Below, piece after piece: positions 19,005 to 28,649 of a stretch of DNA of 64,000 nt (the stretch's first letter is position 1; each line of letters starts with the position of its first letter). The stretch comes from an uncultured bacterium (GTDB lineage: Bacteria > SAR324 > NAC60-12). The notes under the pieces were generated by a model. It saw nothing but the letters and a program-made list of their open reading frames with translations. It had not been told where the DNA came from and ran no database searches. The position numbers were made by a program, and so were the translations under genes. The DNA lies in the NCBI GenBank assembly GCA_965662235.1, contig CBFIGY010000003.1:32001-96000 (forward strand), in the 5' to 3' direction.

Positions 19005-19020
19005 AGCAAGGGGATGGCCA
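19005..19020 (-). promoter_or_regulatory. sigma54 (-24/-12) promoter for the PQQ-dehydrogenase/aco operon
   Basis: TGGCCATCCCCTTGCT on the minus strand: GG-N10-GC with TTGCT; next to a sigma54 activator gene. Confidence 0.75.
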
Positions 19021-19152
19021 CGTCCTCTGCAGGCAGCAGGGACGTGAGCCGGATCGGGCGTAGCATTTTGTTATGACTTGGAAAAAAAGAGCAGGAGGCT
19101 CAGCGAAACGGCTCCGGACGCGGGACCCGTGGGTGAGGAATCTCTTCGGTCA

Positions 19153-19191
19153 CGAAACAGGTGTCTCAGGGAAAATGAGACAGGTGTCTCA
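19153..19191. promoter_or_regulatory. Tandem palindromic enhancer (UAS) sites, probably bound by AcoR
   Basis: CGAAACA-GG-TGTCTCA (19153-19168) and TGAGACA-GG-TGTCTCA (19176-19191), 23 bp apart, about 135-170 bp upstream of the sigma54 promoter. Confidence 0.7.
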
Positions 19192-19197
19192 CAAAGC

Positions 19198-21159
19198 TCA
19201 CCCGCGACGATTGGGAGGCACAATCCCGTACCGCTCCATGTGCCGGTAGATGGTGGCCCGACTGAGTCCGACTTCCCGTGTGGTCTTGCTGATGTTCCAC
19301 TGGTTCCGGATCAATGCGGCTTCCAGCGCCTGGGAGCGTTCCTGTTCTGGGGTTCGGGGGAGGGCTTCAGAGGAAAGATTCAGCAACAACGGCGGCACCA
19401 GTCCAGACGGGTGAAACTGCTCCGGAAGGTCCTGAGGCAGCACCCACTGGTTGTGACAGACCGCAGCCGCAAACTCGAGGACGTTCCGGAGCTCCCGGAT
19501 GTTGCCCGGCCACGTGTGCTGACGCAGCAAGCGCATGGCCTCCGGACTGACCTGAGGCGGCGTCGCAGCCTGCGGCTCCAGCAGGCGCCGAACGAGCCAC
19601 TCGAAGTCCTGGCGTTCCCGGAGAGGAGGCAGTGTGAAGATGGCGCCGTTGAGCCGGTAATACAGGTCGTCCCGGAAGCGCCCGGCTTCAATCTGCTGCA
19701 CCAGGTCCTGATGCGTTGCCGAAATCACACGCAGGTTCACCGGCAGCGGATTCACCGCCCCTAGGGGCAGCACCTCCCGCTCTGCGAGCACCCGCAGCAG
19801 CCGTGCCTGAAGCGACAGTGGCATGTCTCCAATCTCGTCCAAAAACAGCGTTCCGCCGTTGGCCTCCAGAATCAGGCCCCGCTTTCCCTTCGTCTGCGCC
19901 CCGGTGAAGGTTCCCGGGACGTAGCCAAAGAGCTCGCTCTCAATCAGAGACTCTGGAATCGCGGCACAGTTGACCGCAACAAACGGGGCGTTGGCCCGGG
20001 AGCTGGACTCGTGCAGCGCCTTGGCAAAACGTTCCTTGCCGGTTCCGGTTTCTCCAAGCAACAGGATGCTGACATTTGCATTGACCAGACGCTCGGCTTT
20101 GGCAAGGTGCCGCTGCAGCACCGGATCGCCGCCCGTCAGGTCCGCCAGCGCAGGTGGCGTCGCCACCACGACTGGGCTTGACTGCGGCGGTGCCGGAGCG
20201 CGCATCTGCGGAGGAATGGCCTGCGCAAACAGCGTCCGGGCCTGTGCTTGCGTGTGCAGCACCCGCTGCCCCGTTGGTCGGGAGAGGACAAACTCCGGGA
20301 GCTTGTTCACCGGACAGTCAAAGAAGTCTTCAAAGTGCCGGCCCAGCAGCTCATTCGGATTCTCAACGGCGCCCGGGGCTTCTTGGGCAAGCAGCGTCTG
20401 CATGGAGTGGTTGAAGCCAATGATGCTTCCGGACGGATCCAGCGCCAGCAAAAACTCAGGATCAACGTCTGCAAATTCCTCTGATGAGCCCAACTTAATG
20501 ATCCATTCCCGCCCAAACTCCTTGTAGAGGTTGGCCTTTTCAATGCGGTGAGCGTGGTGCTGCACCAGCTTCAGGGCCAGGTGCTGGCTGCTCTTGGGCT
20601 GAGGGGCATTGGGGGCAGCAATGGTCAGAACCGCTAGCAGCTCCCCATACGGATTGAACACGGGGGCCGCAGTGCAGGTTAGGACGGTGTAGGGCAGGAA
20701 GAAGTGATCGGTCAGGTGTACGGTCAGGGGGGCTTCTGTCCGCAAGCAGGTGCCCACGGCACAGGTCCCGGCGTGCGCCTCGCTCCAGTCGGCGCCCAGC
20801 AGCAGTCCGGAGCCTTCCAGCTGATTTCCAAGGGTCGGGTCGCCCAGAAAGTCCACCGTGATGCCCTGCTCATCGGTGAGCAGCAGCACGTACCCGAGTC
20901 CGGCGACCTGACGGTAGAGGGTCTCGGCACCGTAACGGGCCGTGTGCAGAAAGCTCTCCAGACGTTCCTGGTGCTCCCGGAGTTCGCTCTGGGGAAGGAT
21001 GTTTGCCTCCTGACGCGTCCGGGGATCCAGCTGGTGTTCCAGCAGGCAGCGGCGCCACGACTCCACAATCACCGGATCACGTGGAGACGCCTCCCGTTCC
21101 CCAACCCGAAGCACCTCGTGGATGTGAGACGCCAGGGGCTCGCCCCGTTGCTGTTCCAT
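19198..21159 (-). CDS. acoR: sigma54-dependent activator, AcoR type (GAF-AAA+-Fis HTH)
   Basis: SW.RC GAF start, W.E..AGT.AVGT, GETGTGKE, ESELFGY..GTFTGA, FLDEIGDM, WPGNIREL and a C-terminal HTH. Confidence 0.9.
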   Translation of the reverse strand: MEQQRGEPLASHIHEVLRVGEREASPRDPVIVESWRRCLLEHQLDPRTRQEANILPQSELREHQERLESFLHTARYGAETLYRQVAGLGYVLLLTDEQGITVDFLGDPTLGNQLEGSGLLLGADWSEAHAGTCAVGTCLRTEAPLTVHLTDHFFLPYTVLTCTAAPVFNPYGELLAVLTIAAPNAPQPKSSQHLALKLVQHHAHRIEKANLYKEFGREWIIKLGSSEEFADVDPEFLLALDPSGSIIGFNHSMQTLLAQEAPGAVENPNELLGRHFEDFFDCPVNKLPEFVLSRPTGQRVLHTQAQARTLFAQAIPPQMRAPAPPQSSPVVVATPPALADLTGGDPVLQRHLAKAERLVNANVSILLLGETGTGKERFAKALHESSSRANAPFVAVNCAAIPESLIESELFGYVPGTFTGAQTKGKRGLILEANGGTLFLDEIGDMPLSLQARLLRVLAEREVLPLGAVNPLPVNLRVISATHQDLVQQIEAGRFRDDLYYRLNGAIFTLPPLRERQDFEWLVRRLLEPQAATPPQVSPEAMRLLRQHTWPGNIRELRNVLEFAAAVCHNQWVLPQDLPEQFHPSGLVPPLLLNLSSEALPRTPEQERSQALEAALIRNQWNISKTTREVGLSRATIYRHMERYGIVPPNRRG

Positions 21160-21455
21160 GCTCCCTCCTCCCTCAGGTTCCCAATCCGGTTCGCAGCTCA
21201 TACCGCTTCGTGCGCCCAATCAGTTTAGTCGGAGCCGCCCTGAACACAAGAGGATCCGCCTCGTGAACAGCCTACCCGACCTCCCAGCCGGTTGCCAGAT
21301 CCTCCGAACGGCTGCCTTCCTTGAAGAGGATCCCGTTCTGCACCACCGGATTGCTTTGTTTTTGTGCGTGGGGTTTGATAGCGTCTTTGAGGTTAAACGG
21401 CTGATCCCAGCTGAAGAAATGCCCCGCACCTTCACCCTGCATTCCCTGTAGACCC

Positions 21456-24332
21456 ATGACGCTTCGCCTCTCTGACCTTTCGCAGCAGCACGACTTCCTC
21501 CAACGGCACATCGGCCCCTCTGTTTCTGAACAGCAGGAGATGCTGGAAACCATCCAGGCCGCCAGCCTGAGCGCGTTGATTGATGAAGCGGTGCCCGAAG
21601 CGATCCGGATTCCTGGCGAGCTGGCTCTGCAGGAAGGCTGCACCGAAGCTCAGGCTCTTGCCGAATTGAAGCAGCTGGCACAGCAAAATGCTCCAACACG
21701 CTCCCTCATCGGCATGGGGTACTACAACACACTGACCCCAAGCGTCATTCTGCGGAACATGCTGGAAAACCCGGGCTGGTACACCGCCTACACCCCCTAT
21801 CAGGCAGAAATCTCTCAGGGCCGCATGGAGATGCTGCTGAACTTCCAGCAGATGATCATGGACCTGACGGGAATGGACGTCGCCAATGCGTCACTGCTTG
21901 ATGAAGCCACCGCTGCCGCCGAAGCCATGACCTTCTGCAAACGGGTGGGTCGCAGCAAGAAGTCGGTGTTCTTTGTCGCAGAAGACTGCCACCCGCAGAC
22001 CCTTGATGTGCTGAAGACCCGGGCGGAGCCCATGGGCATTGAGCTCGTGATTGGGCAGCCTTGGAATGCCGATGAGCACCCGGACGCCTTTGGGGTGCTG
22101 GTTCAGTCTCCGGGAACTCATGGGGACCTCCGGGACCTGAAGGAGCTGGTGGACCGCTGGCATGAACGTGGGGCGCTGGTGGCCGTGGCAACCGATCTGC
22201 TTGCTCTGACCCTGATGACGCCTCCTGGAGAACTTGGCGCAGACGTGGTCCTCGGAAGCGCCCAGCGCTTTGGCGTCCCGATGGGATACGGAGGCCCGCA
22301 TGCCGCCTTCTTTGCTGTACGGGATCAGCACAAACGGTCGGTGCCCGGACGCCTCATTGGGGTGTCAGTGGATCGACGCGGCAAGCTGGCGTACCGACTG
22401 GCGCTCCAGACCCGGGAGCAGCACATCCGCCGGGAGAAAGCGACCAGCAACATCTGCACAGCGCAGGTGCTGCTCGCCAACGTCTCTGCCGCCTATGCCA
22501 TCTTCCATGGCCCCGAAGGCCTGACTCAGATCGCTCAGCGCGTCCACCGGCTGACGACGGTGCTCTCTGAAGGACTCCGGAAGCTTGGCCTCGACACCAA
22601 TGCCACCTTCTTTGACACCCTGACCGTTTCGGTGCCCGACGCTGCTGCCGTGCACGCCCGTGCGCAGGAAGCGTCTATCAACCTCCGTCCCCTAGATGGC
22701 CAGCACGTCGGCGTCAGCTTGGACGAGGTTTCCACCGCCGAAGAGGTCACCCAGCTCTGGACGCTCCTCTCCGGACAGACCCCATCCTTTACGGTGGAGG
22801 AGCTGGACGCCACCATTGCGCAGGAAGGCACTTCCGGCATTCCCAAAATCCTGCACCGGACCTCGGACTTCCTCACACACCCGGTGTTCCACCGCTACCG
22901 GTCCGAGACCCAGATGATGCGGCTCTTGCGGCAACTGATGGATCGCGACATTGCCCTCGACCGGGCCATGATTCCGCTCGGCTCCTGCACCATGAAGCTC
23001 AACGCGGCCACAGAGATGATCCCGATCACCTGGCCGGAACTGGGACAGGTGCACCCGTTTGTCCCCAAAGAACAGGCCGCCGGGTACCAGCAGATCATTC
23101 AGCAGCTTGAGGACATGCTGGTCGCCATCACCGGTTTTGATGCGGTCTCCATGCAGCCTAACTCCGGAGCGCAGGGCGAGTACGCCGGACTGCTGGTGAT
23201 CCGTCGTTGGCATGAAAGCCGAGGGGAGTCACAACGGACCGTCTGCCTGATCCCCAGTTCCGCCCATGGAACCAACCCCGCCAGCGCCGCCATGCAGGGA
23301 ATGAAGGTGGTGATTGTTGAGTGTGACGCCCACGGAAACGTCGATGTGGAAGACCTGAAGGCCAAGGCCGAAAAGCACTCTCACGAGCTGGCAGCCCTAA
23401 TGATCACCTACCCTTCCACGCATGGTGTTTTTGAAGAAGCCATTGTCGACATCTGCGAGCTGATTCATCAGCATGGCGGACAGGTGTACATGGACGGCGC
23501 CAACCTCAATGCGTTGGTCGGCCTCGCCCAACCCGGAAAGTTTGGGCCCGATGTGATGCACATGAACCTCCATAAGACCTTCTGCATTCCGCACGGCGGC
23601 GGCGGCCCGGGAATGGGCCCCATTGGGCTGAAGGCGCACCTGGCGCCCTTTGCTCCCGGACACGTGGTCATTCCTCCCAAGGAACCCACGCCTGAGTCTG
23701 CCGTTTCAGCAGCTCCGTGGGGCAGTCCCAGCATCCTGCCCATCTCCTGGGCCTACATCCGGATGATGGGCACCACCGGATTGCGGCAGGCCTCAGAGGT
23801 GGCCATCCTCAATGCCAACTACCTTGCCAGGCGCCTCAGGGGCTCCTTCGAAGTCCTCTACACCGGAAAAAACGGACGTGTCGCCCACGAGTGCATCATC
23901 GACCTCCGCCCCTTCAAGGAGCACGGCATCACCGAAGAAGATGTGGCCAAACGCCTCATCGACTACGGATTCCATGCGCCCACCATGTCTTGGCCTGTTG
24001 CTGGGACACTGATGATTGAGCCCACCGAAAGTGAGCCCAAGGTGGAGCTCGATCGCTTCTGTGACGCCATGATTGCGATCCGCAAGGAGATTGATGCAGT
24101 GGCCTCCGGAAAGTGGGACCCTGAACAGAACCCGCTCAAGAAGGCACCGCACACCCTAGACGACGTCATGGAAGCCGAGTGGCCCTTCCCGTACACACGA
24201 GAGGAAGCGGTCTTCCCGGTGCCCAGCCTGCGCGCCAACAAGTTCTGGCCGGTGGTCGCCCGGGTGGACAACGTCTACGGCGACCGCAACGTGGTGTGCT
24301 CCTGCCCCACCGTCGACGCCTACCGGGACTGA
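21456..24332 (+). CDS. gcvP: Glycine dehydrogenase (decarboxylating), glycine cleavage P protein
   Basis: [40 protein letters not shown] and [18 protein letters not shown]. Confidence 0.98.
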   Translation: MTLRLSDLSQQHDFLQRHIGPSVSEQQEMLETIQAASLSALIDEAVPEAIRIPGELALQEGCTEAQALAELKQLAQQNAPTRSLIGMGYYNTLTPSVILRNMLENPGWYTAYTPYQAEISQGRMEMLLNFQQMIMDLTGMDVANASLLDEATAAAEAMTFCKRVGRSKKSVFFVAEDCHPQTLDVLKTRAEPMGIELVIGQPWNADEHPDAFGVLVQSPGTHGDLRDLKELVDRWHERGALVAVATDLLALTLMTPPGELGADVVLGSAQRFGVPMGYGGPHAAFFAVRDQHKRSVPGRLIGVSVDRRGKLAYRLALQTREQHIRREKATSNICTAQVLLANVSAAYAIFHGPEGLTQIAQRVHRLTTVLSEGLRKLGLDTNATFFDTLTVSVPDAAAVHARAQEASINLRPLDGQHVGVSLDEVSTAEEVTQLWTLLSGQTPSFTVEELDATIAQEGTSGIPKILHRTSDFLTHPVFHRYRSETQMMRLLRQLMDRDIALDRAMIPLGSCTMKLNAATEMIPITWPELGQVHPFVPKEQAAGYQQIIQQLEDMLVAITGFDAVSMQPNSGAQGEYAGLLVIRRWHESRGESQRTVCLIPSSAHGTNPASAAMQGMKVVIVECDAHGNVDVEDLKAKAEKHSHELAALMITYPSTHGVFEEAIVDICELIHQHGGQVYMDGANLNALVGLAQPGKFGPDVMHMNLHKTFCIPHGGGGPGMGPIGLKAHLAPFAPGHVVIPPKEPTPESAVSAAPWGSPSILPISWAYIRMMGTTGLRQASEVAILNANYLARRLRGSFEVLYTGKNGRVAHECIIDLRPFKEHGITEEDVAKRLIDYGFHAPTMSWPVAGTLMIEPTESEPKVELDRFCDAMIAIRKEIDAVASGKWDPEQNPLKKAPHTLDDVMEAEWPFPYTREEAVFPVPSLRANKFWPVVARVDNVYGDRNVVCSCPTVDAYRD

Positions 24333-24335
24333 GTC

Positions 24336-25409
24336 ATGCGTGTTCGGTCCGCCATTGCGCAAATGGGGCACTACTCGCCTCCGCTGGAAGGGCGCAACCC
24401 CGACCAGTACCTGCTGATGGACTTCAATGAGTCCCCCCTTCCGCCGCCTCCCGGAGTCACTGAGGCGCTTCAGGCGTTTCTTCAGCAGGAGCGGCTGCAC
24501 CTCTACCCCAGCTATGGCACCTTCCTCACGGACCTCGGCGCCTACGTTGGGGTTCCGGAGGAGCAGGTGCTCATCACCAACGGCTCCGACCAGGGCATTG
24601 AACTGGTGATGCGCGCGCTGCTGGAACCCGGTGACAACTTTGTGATGCCGGTTCCGGGATTTGCCATGTTTGGCCAGGTTGCTCAGACCCTAGGCGCTGA
24701 ACACCGGGCGCCATCGTTTTCCCTTGAAACCTTTGCCTTTCCCTTGGAAGCCGTCCAGGCAGCCGTTGATGAACGGACCCGCCTGATTGTGGTCATCAGT
24801 CCCAACAACCCCACCGGGACCGTGGTCGACCTAGACGCCATTGAGCACCTGCTCATCCAGTTTCCAGACTGTGCTGTGCTGGTGGATGAAGCGTACTTTG
24901 AATTCAACGGCCTCACCGCCGTTCCGCTGCTGGAGCGCTTTCCGAACCTCGTGGTGCTCCGGACCTTCTCCAAGGCGTTTGCGCTGCCTGGGCTCCGGCT
25001 CGGGTACGTGGTGGCGCGCTCGGAATTTTTGGCCGAGTTGTACAAGATCCGAGGCCCCTACGACGTCAACATGCTCTCAGTGGTCGCTGGCCATGCGGCT
25101 CTCCAGGCGCTTCCGGTGATTCAGGAGCGGGTGCAGCACCTGATGCACGAGGCCAAGCCGGCGCTGGAACAATTTTTCCGAGAAGTGGGGGTGCGGTCGT
25201 ATCCGGGAGGAGCCAACTTCCTCCTCGTTGAGCCTCCGGAGGTCACCGAGGCGCTGGCGTTTCTTAAGGCACGGGGGGTCCTGGTGCGGCCGATGCGTCC
25301 ACCGATTGCCCACACCTTTCGGATGAACGTGCGGATGCTTCCGGAGGTGGAGCGCTTCATGGAGGTGTTCCGGGAGTACCTGCACACCGTTCGACCGAGT
25401 GCAGCATGA
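24336..25409 (+). CDS. hisC: Histidinol-phosphate aminotransferase (class I/II PLP enzyme)
   Basis: DFNE, TNGSDQGI, SPNNPTG, VDEAY and RTFSKAFALPGLRLGY. Confidence 0.8.
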   Translation: MRVRSAIAQMGHYSPPLEGRNPDQYLLMDFNESPLPPPPGVTEALQAFLQQERLHLYPSYGTFLTDLGAYVGVPEEQVLITNGSDQGIELVMRALLEPGDNFVMPVPGFAMFGQVAQTLGAEHRAPSFSLETFAFPLEAVQAAVDERTRLIVVISPNNPTGTVVDLDAIEHLLIQFPDCAVLVDEAYFEFNGLTAVPLLERFPNLVVLRTFSKAFALPGLRLGYVVARSEFLAELYKIRGPYDVNMLSVVAGHAALQALPVIQERVQHLMHEAKPALEQFFREVGVRSYPGGANFLLVEPPEVTEALAFLKARGVLVRPMRPPIAHTFRMNVRMLPEVERFMEVFREYLHTVRPSAA

Positions 25410-25588
25410 TCTCTCCGGAGTGGTTTGAAGCCAACGCCGTCTGGATCCTGTCTGGAGTTGGACTCCTCCAGGTGCTGAAGCTGGTGGCCTACGGCAAAAA
25501 TCTCCGGGATCAGCGACGTGCGCACCAAGTCTTCCAACGCAAACGCCAGAAACTTCAGGAAATTTCGGACGCTAAGCCACTTAACTGA
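25406..25588 (+). CDS. Small single-TM hypothetical protein (60 aa)
   Basis: ATGA overlap with the hisC stop; one hydrophobic helix and a basic tail. Confidence 0.6.
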   Translation: MISPEWFEANAVWILSGVGLLQVLKLVAYGKNLRDQRRAHQVFQRKRQKLQEISDAKPLN

Positions 25589-25648
25589 TTGGATAAATTG
25601 ACGGTGGGGTCAAAACAGGGCAGGGAATCCGCGGTGGGATTCAACCAG

Positions 25649-25850
25649 TGGTTCGGGAGTTGCTTTGTTTCTCAACATGTTCGGGTTCGCAAGAAGAGCC
25701 GGATCCCTTCCAAGGAGGTACTTCTGCCAAGGACGGCATTTCCGGCCGGCTCTTCTTGTCCCTTTCACCCTGCGGCTCGCAGGATGGACTGTTTTTCTAC
25801 TCTTGCAGGGACTGGGCCACTTCTCCTTACCCAAGTCCTTTCACCGCTTC
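25649..25850 (+). ncRNA. Candidate structured small RNA behind a sigma54-like promoter
   Basis: TGGTTCGGGAGTTGCT (GG-N10-GC) at 25649-25664; 13-bp stem CAAGAAGAGCCGG/CCGGCTCTTCTTG enclosing CCAAGGA motifs; no credible ORF. Confidence 0.35.
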
Positions 25851-25910
25851 CCAACGTTTCTCTTCCCGCTTCTCCTCCCAACAGCCTCCTGAAAAAAGCT
25901 GTCTTTTAGC

Positions 25911-25939
25911 TTGAATCCCGATAGACTCCTTCCTAGGAT
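25911..25939 (+). promoter_or_regulatory. Probable sigma70 promoter for the TPR-rpoZ operon
   Basis: TTGAAT-17 nt-TAGGAT about 70 nt before ATG 26009. Confidence 0.6.
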
Positions 25940-26008
25940 AAAAAATTTGCCGAATCATCCTGTGCCCTGAGCACACGCTTCTGACGTCCCCAACCCCCTA
26001 AGCCTTTC

Positions 26009-26683
26009 ATGAGCGCCAAACCCATTGCCAAAGACGTGGACCTCAAGAAACCGGATCCCGTTGAAAAAGCACTCTATGCCCTTGCTGACCGGATCTACCG
26101 TCAGCGTCAACTCTACATTGGTATAGCCGTTGCGGTGGTGGTCCTCATCCTAGCAGGCTGGGGCCTCTGGAAGTATCAGGAGGCTCAGCAGATTGAGCGG
26201 GCCAACCTGTACCACGCGGCTGAAAAGATCCTCCGGGACCCGACCCTGGCTCCGGCTGACCGCATGGCCCGGGGCAAGACGGCGCTGGAGCACGTGGCCG
26301 GAAAAATTGAAGAGGGTCTGCTGGCAGTGGTCATCCGCCTAGAGCTAGGCACCATGCACCTGCAGTCCGGGGAGCTGGACGCGGCAGAGCGGCGCTTTGA
26401 AGAGGCCAAGAACCTGGCTCAGTCCTCGCCCTTCCTGCGGAACGTCGCCCACCTGAACCTAGCCAAACTGCATGCCTCTCAGGACCGCTGGGACAACGCC
26501 TATGCCGACCTGAAGCAGATTTCAGGAGACACCTGGGGAGACGTCAAGCTGCGTGAGCAAGCCATTGTTGCCCTGGAGCAAGGGGACCTAGAAGCCGCCC
26601 GGACGACCCTGGAAGAGCTGATCAACACCGTCCCCAACTCCATGTTCCGAGATGAAGCCGAGCTGCTGCTGATCTCCCTTTAA
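26009..26683 (+). CDS. Membrane-anchored tetratricopeptide-repeat protein (YfgM-like)
   Basis: Single N-terminal TM helix followed by helical TPR-like repeats (LG..HLQSGELDAAERRF, LEQGDLEAARTTLEELI). Confidence 0.75.
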   Translation: MSAKPIAKDVDLKKPDPVEKALYALADRIYRQRQLYIGIAVAVVVLILAGWGLWKYQEAQQIERANLYHAAEKILRDPTLAPADRMARGKTALEHVAGKIEEGLLAVVIRLELGTMHLQSGELDAAERRFEEAKNLAQSSPFLRNVAHLNLAKLHASQDRWDNAYADLKQISGDTWGDVKLREQAIVALEQGDLEAARTTLEELINTVPNSMFRDEAELLLISL

Positions 26684-26710
26684 TTCCGCCATCTCTTGTT
26701 GAGAACTGCC

Positions 26711-26938
26711 ATGATGAGTCAGGACTACCTCCGCTTCATTGAAGAACACAGCGACCCTGAAAACGCCAACCTGTTTGAGAAGGTTCTGATGACCTCCAAG
26801 CGGGCCAAGGCGCTTTACACCCTAGACGAGGCCGCCAAAGCCGCCCTGAACCACAAGCCCACCTTCCAGGCCATTGGCGAGGCCAACCAGGGATCCATCA
26901 AGATCCTCCGCAAGACAGCAGGCGACTCCGTCTCCTAA
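26711..26938 (+). CDS. rpoZ: RNA polymerase omega subunit-like protein
   Basis: NLFEKVLMTSKRAKAL...HKPTFQAIGEANQGSI resembles the omega pattern NxF.LV...AKRARQL...KP...AL.E...G.I; 75 aa. Confidence 0.6.
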   Translation: MMSQDYLRFIEEHSDPENANLFEKVLMTSKRAKALYTLDEAAKAALNHKPTFQAIGEANQGSIKILRKTAGDSVS

Positions 26939-26941
26939 CCC

Positions 26942-28627
26942 ATGGGGATGCCGGCGCCACACGCTCCCTTTGAGCGCGCCACCCATGCGCTTCGGCTGCT
27001 GTTTACTTCCAGCCTTTCCCTCCGCATGGCAGCGCTCAGCTTTAGCCTGCTCTTTGGAGCAGACCGGATCTTTGCGCTCTGGATCTTCCCACACTATGCC
27101 GCCTTCCTAGAGCACTGGGATCCGAACTGGGCCAACATTGACACGATCTTTGCGCCCATCGTCTGGCTCTCCTACGTCACCATGCTCCTTGGTAGCCTCA
27201 CGGTGGTCATCACCTTTGCGGCAACCAGTACTCCCAAGCTGATTGACCTCTACATGGAAGACCGCCGCAGCCTCATGCTGGTGTGGTGGTCCCTGGGGTG
27301 CATGGCACATGCGCTGACGATCAAGCTCTATCCGGAGCTCGGCCTCAGTCATCCTGCCAGCATTGTCTTCAATTACCACTTCCTGCTGCCGTCCTTCGTC
27401 TTCGTCAGCTTTCCCTTCATCCTCCTGTCGCTCCGGTCCACCAAAACCGCCAACGTCATCGACTCCCTCTTCCGGAACATGGACGAGATCCTTGACCGAC
27501 TGGTCCGGCAGGGTCCTGACAAGAAGCTCTCTCCTCGTTCGGTCCAGAGCCAGCAGGTTCAGCTCTTTGAGACGCTCAATCAGCTCATGGACCTGCTCAT
27601 TTATGTGCCGTACAAGGAGCCCAAGGCGATGATCATTGAAGGCATGGGCCGATTGATCATCCGCTACGTGCAGCTCAAGGCTCACTTCCCCCGAGACTTC
27701 TTCCTCATCAGCCAGAAGGCACGGAACGACATTTCCTTCCGGACCATGCAGGGGCTGTTGGACGAGCTGGAGGAGAAGCAGATCTTCCTAGAGCAAAAGA
27801 GCCTCCGGTTGATCGGCAACGCCTACATCACCTTTCTAGAGGAGGGACAGTTTGACCTTTCCACCCTCTGTGCCGAACAGATCAACTACATCGGCAAGGA
27901 GGTTGTCGCCCAAGGTGATGAGGTCCTCATTGACGTCATCACGGTCCGACTCAACACGCACTTCCGGTTTGCCCTCAAGCACGCGCAGGCTCACAATGAG
28001 CCCCGGAACCTCTACAACCTCGTCTTCCACTACGGCCAGTTTGCCTCCCACCTGGTCGCCCATGACCACCGAGATGGGCTCAAGACCTGCTTCCGGCACT
28101 TCGGGTTCTATGCCCTGCAGTGCTTCAATGCCTCTCCTCAGGCCATGGCCCTCGCCTTCATCCTTGATACCTTGGCGGTGGAGATGCAGAAACTCCTCAT
28201 GGCGCTTTATGAACGTCAGTGGGACCGTCCCACCCAGGAAGAGCTGCTTCAGCAGTTCCTCATGCTGGACAACTTCCAGAACGTTGACCACCAGTTTGCT
28301 AAAAACTTCTTCAGCAAAAACGTAGGGGTCCGTCTCCTTCACATTGGGCTGGCGCTTTACTACCTAGAGCAGGGGGAAGAGGCGTGGGCAGAGGGCATTG
28401 CTGAAGACACCCTCCAGGACTGGGACCTGATGGGGGAGGAGCTGTTTCACAAGACCATGGGCATGATCTTCATGCGGCTCAAGTTTTCAGGCCCGACCTT
28501 CTGGGAAGACACGGACCGCGGGAACCTCAACATCTACTACACGCCCTACGTCCAGCACCTCGAGACGTTTCAGGCTCTGCAGAAGAAGTACATCGGCGAA
28601 CGGATTCAGCAAGCGGAGCTGGTCTGA
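26942..28627 (+). CDS. Membrane protein with a large C-terminal soluble domain (DUF2254-like)
   Basis: 561 aa; about four N-terminal TM helices (AATSTPKLIDLY) followed by a helical domain; strong coding-type codon bias. Confidence 0.7.
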   Translation: MGMPAPHAPFERATHALRLLFTSSLSLRMAALSFSLLFGADRIFALWIFPHYAAFLEHWDPNWANIDTIFAPIVWLSYVTMLLGSLTVVITFAATSTPKLIDLYMEDRRSLMLVWWSLGCMAHALTIKLYPELGLSHPASIVFNYHFLLPSFVFVSFPFILLSLRSTKTANVIDSLFRNMDEILDRLVRQGPDKKLSPRSVQSQQVQLFETLNQLMDLLIYVPYKEPKAMIIEGMGRLIIRYVQLKAHFPRDFFLISQKARNDISFRTMQGLLDELEEKQIFLEQKSLRLIGNAYITFLEEGQFDLSTLCAEQINYIGKEVVAQGDEVLIDVITVRLNTHFRFALKHAQAHNEPRNLYNLVFHYGQFASHLVAHDHRDGLKTCFRHFGFYALQCFNASPQAMALAFILDTLAVEMQKLLMALYERQWDRPTQEELLQQFLMLDNFQNVDHQFAKNFFSKNVGVRLLHIGLALYYLEQGEEAWAEGIAEDTLQDWDLMGEELFHKTMGMIFMRLKFSGPTFWEDTDRGNLNIYYTPYVQHLETFQALQKKYIGERIQQAELV

Positions 28628-28649
28628 CCGGCTCCGGACAGGTTGCGCT

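Noticed and set aside
21160..21455. Possible glycine riboswitch upstream of gcvP
   Set aside because: No GGAGA...CCGAAG...CTCTCAGG aptamer core found
24336..25409. Alternative call as threonine-phosphate decarboxylase (CobD) because cob genes are nearby
   Set aside because: It lacks the N-terminal HGG motif, has a DFNE/NGSD HisC-type pattern and lies 7 kb from the cob cluster
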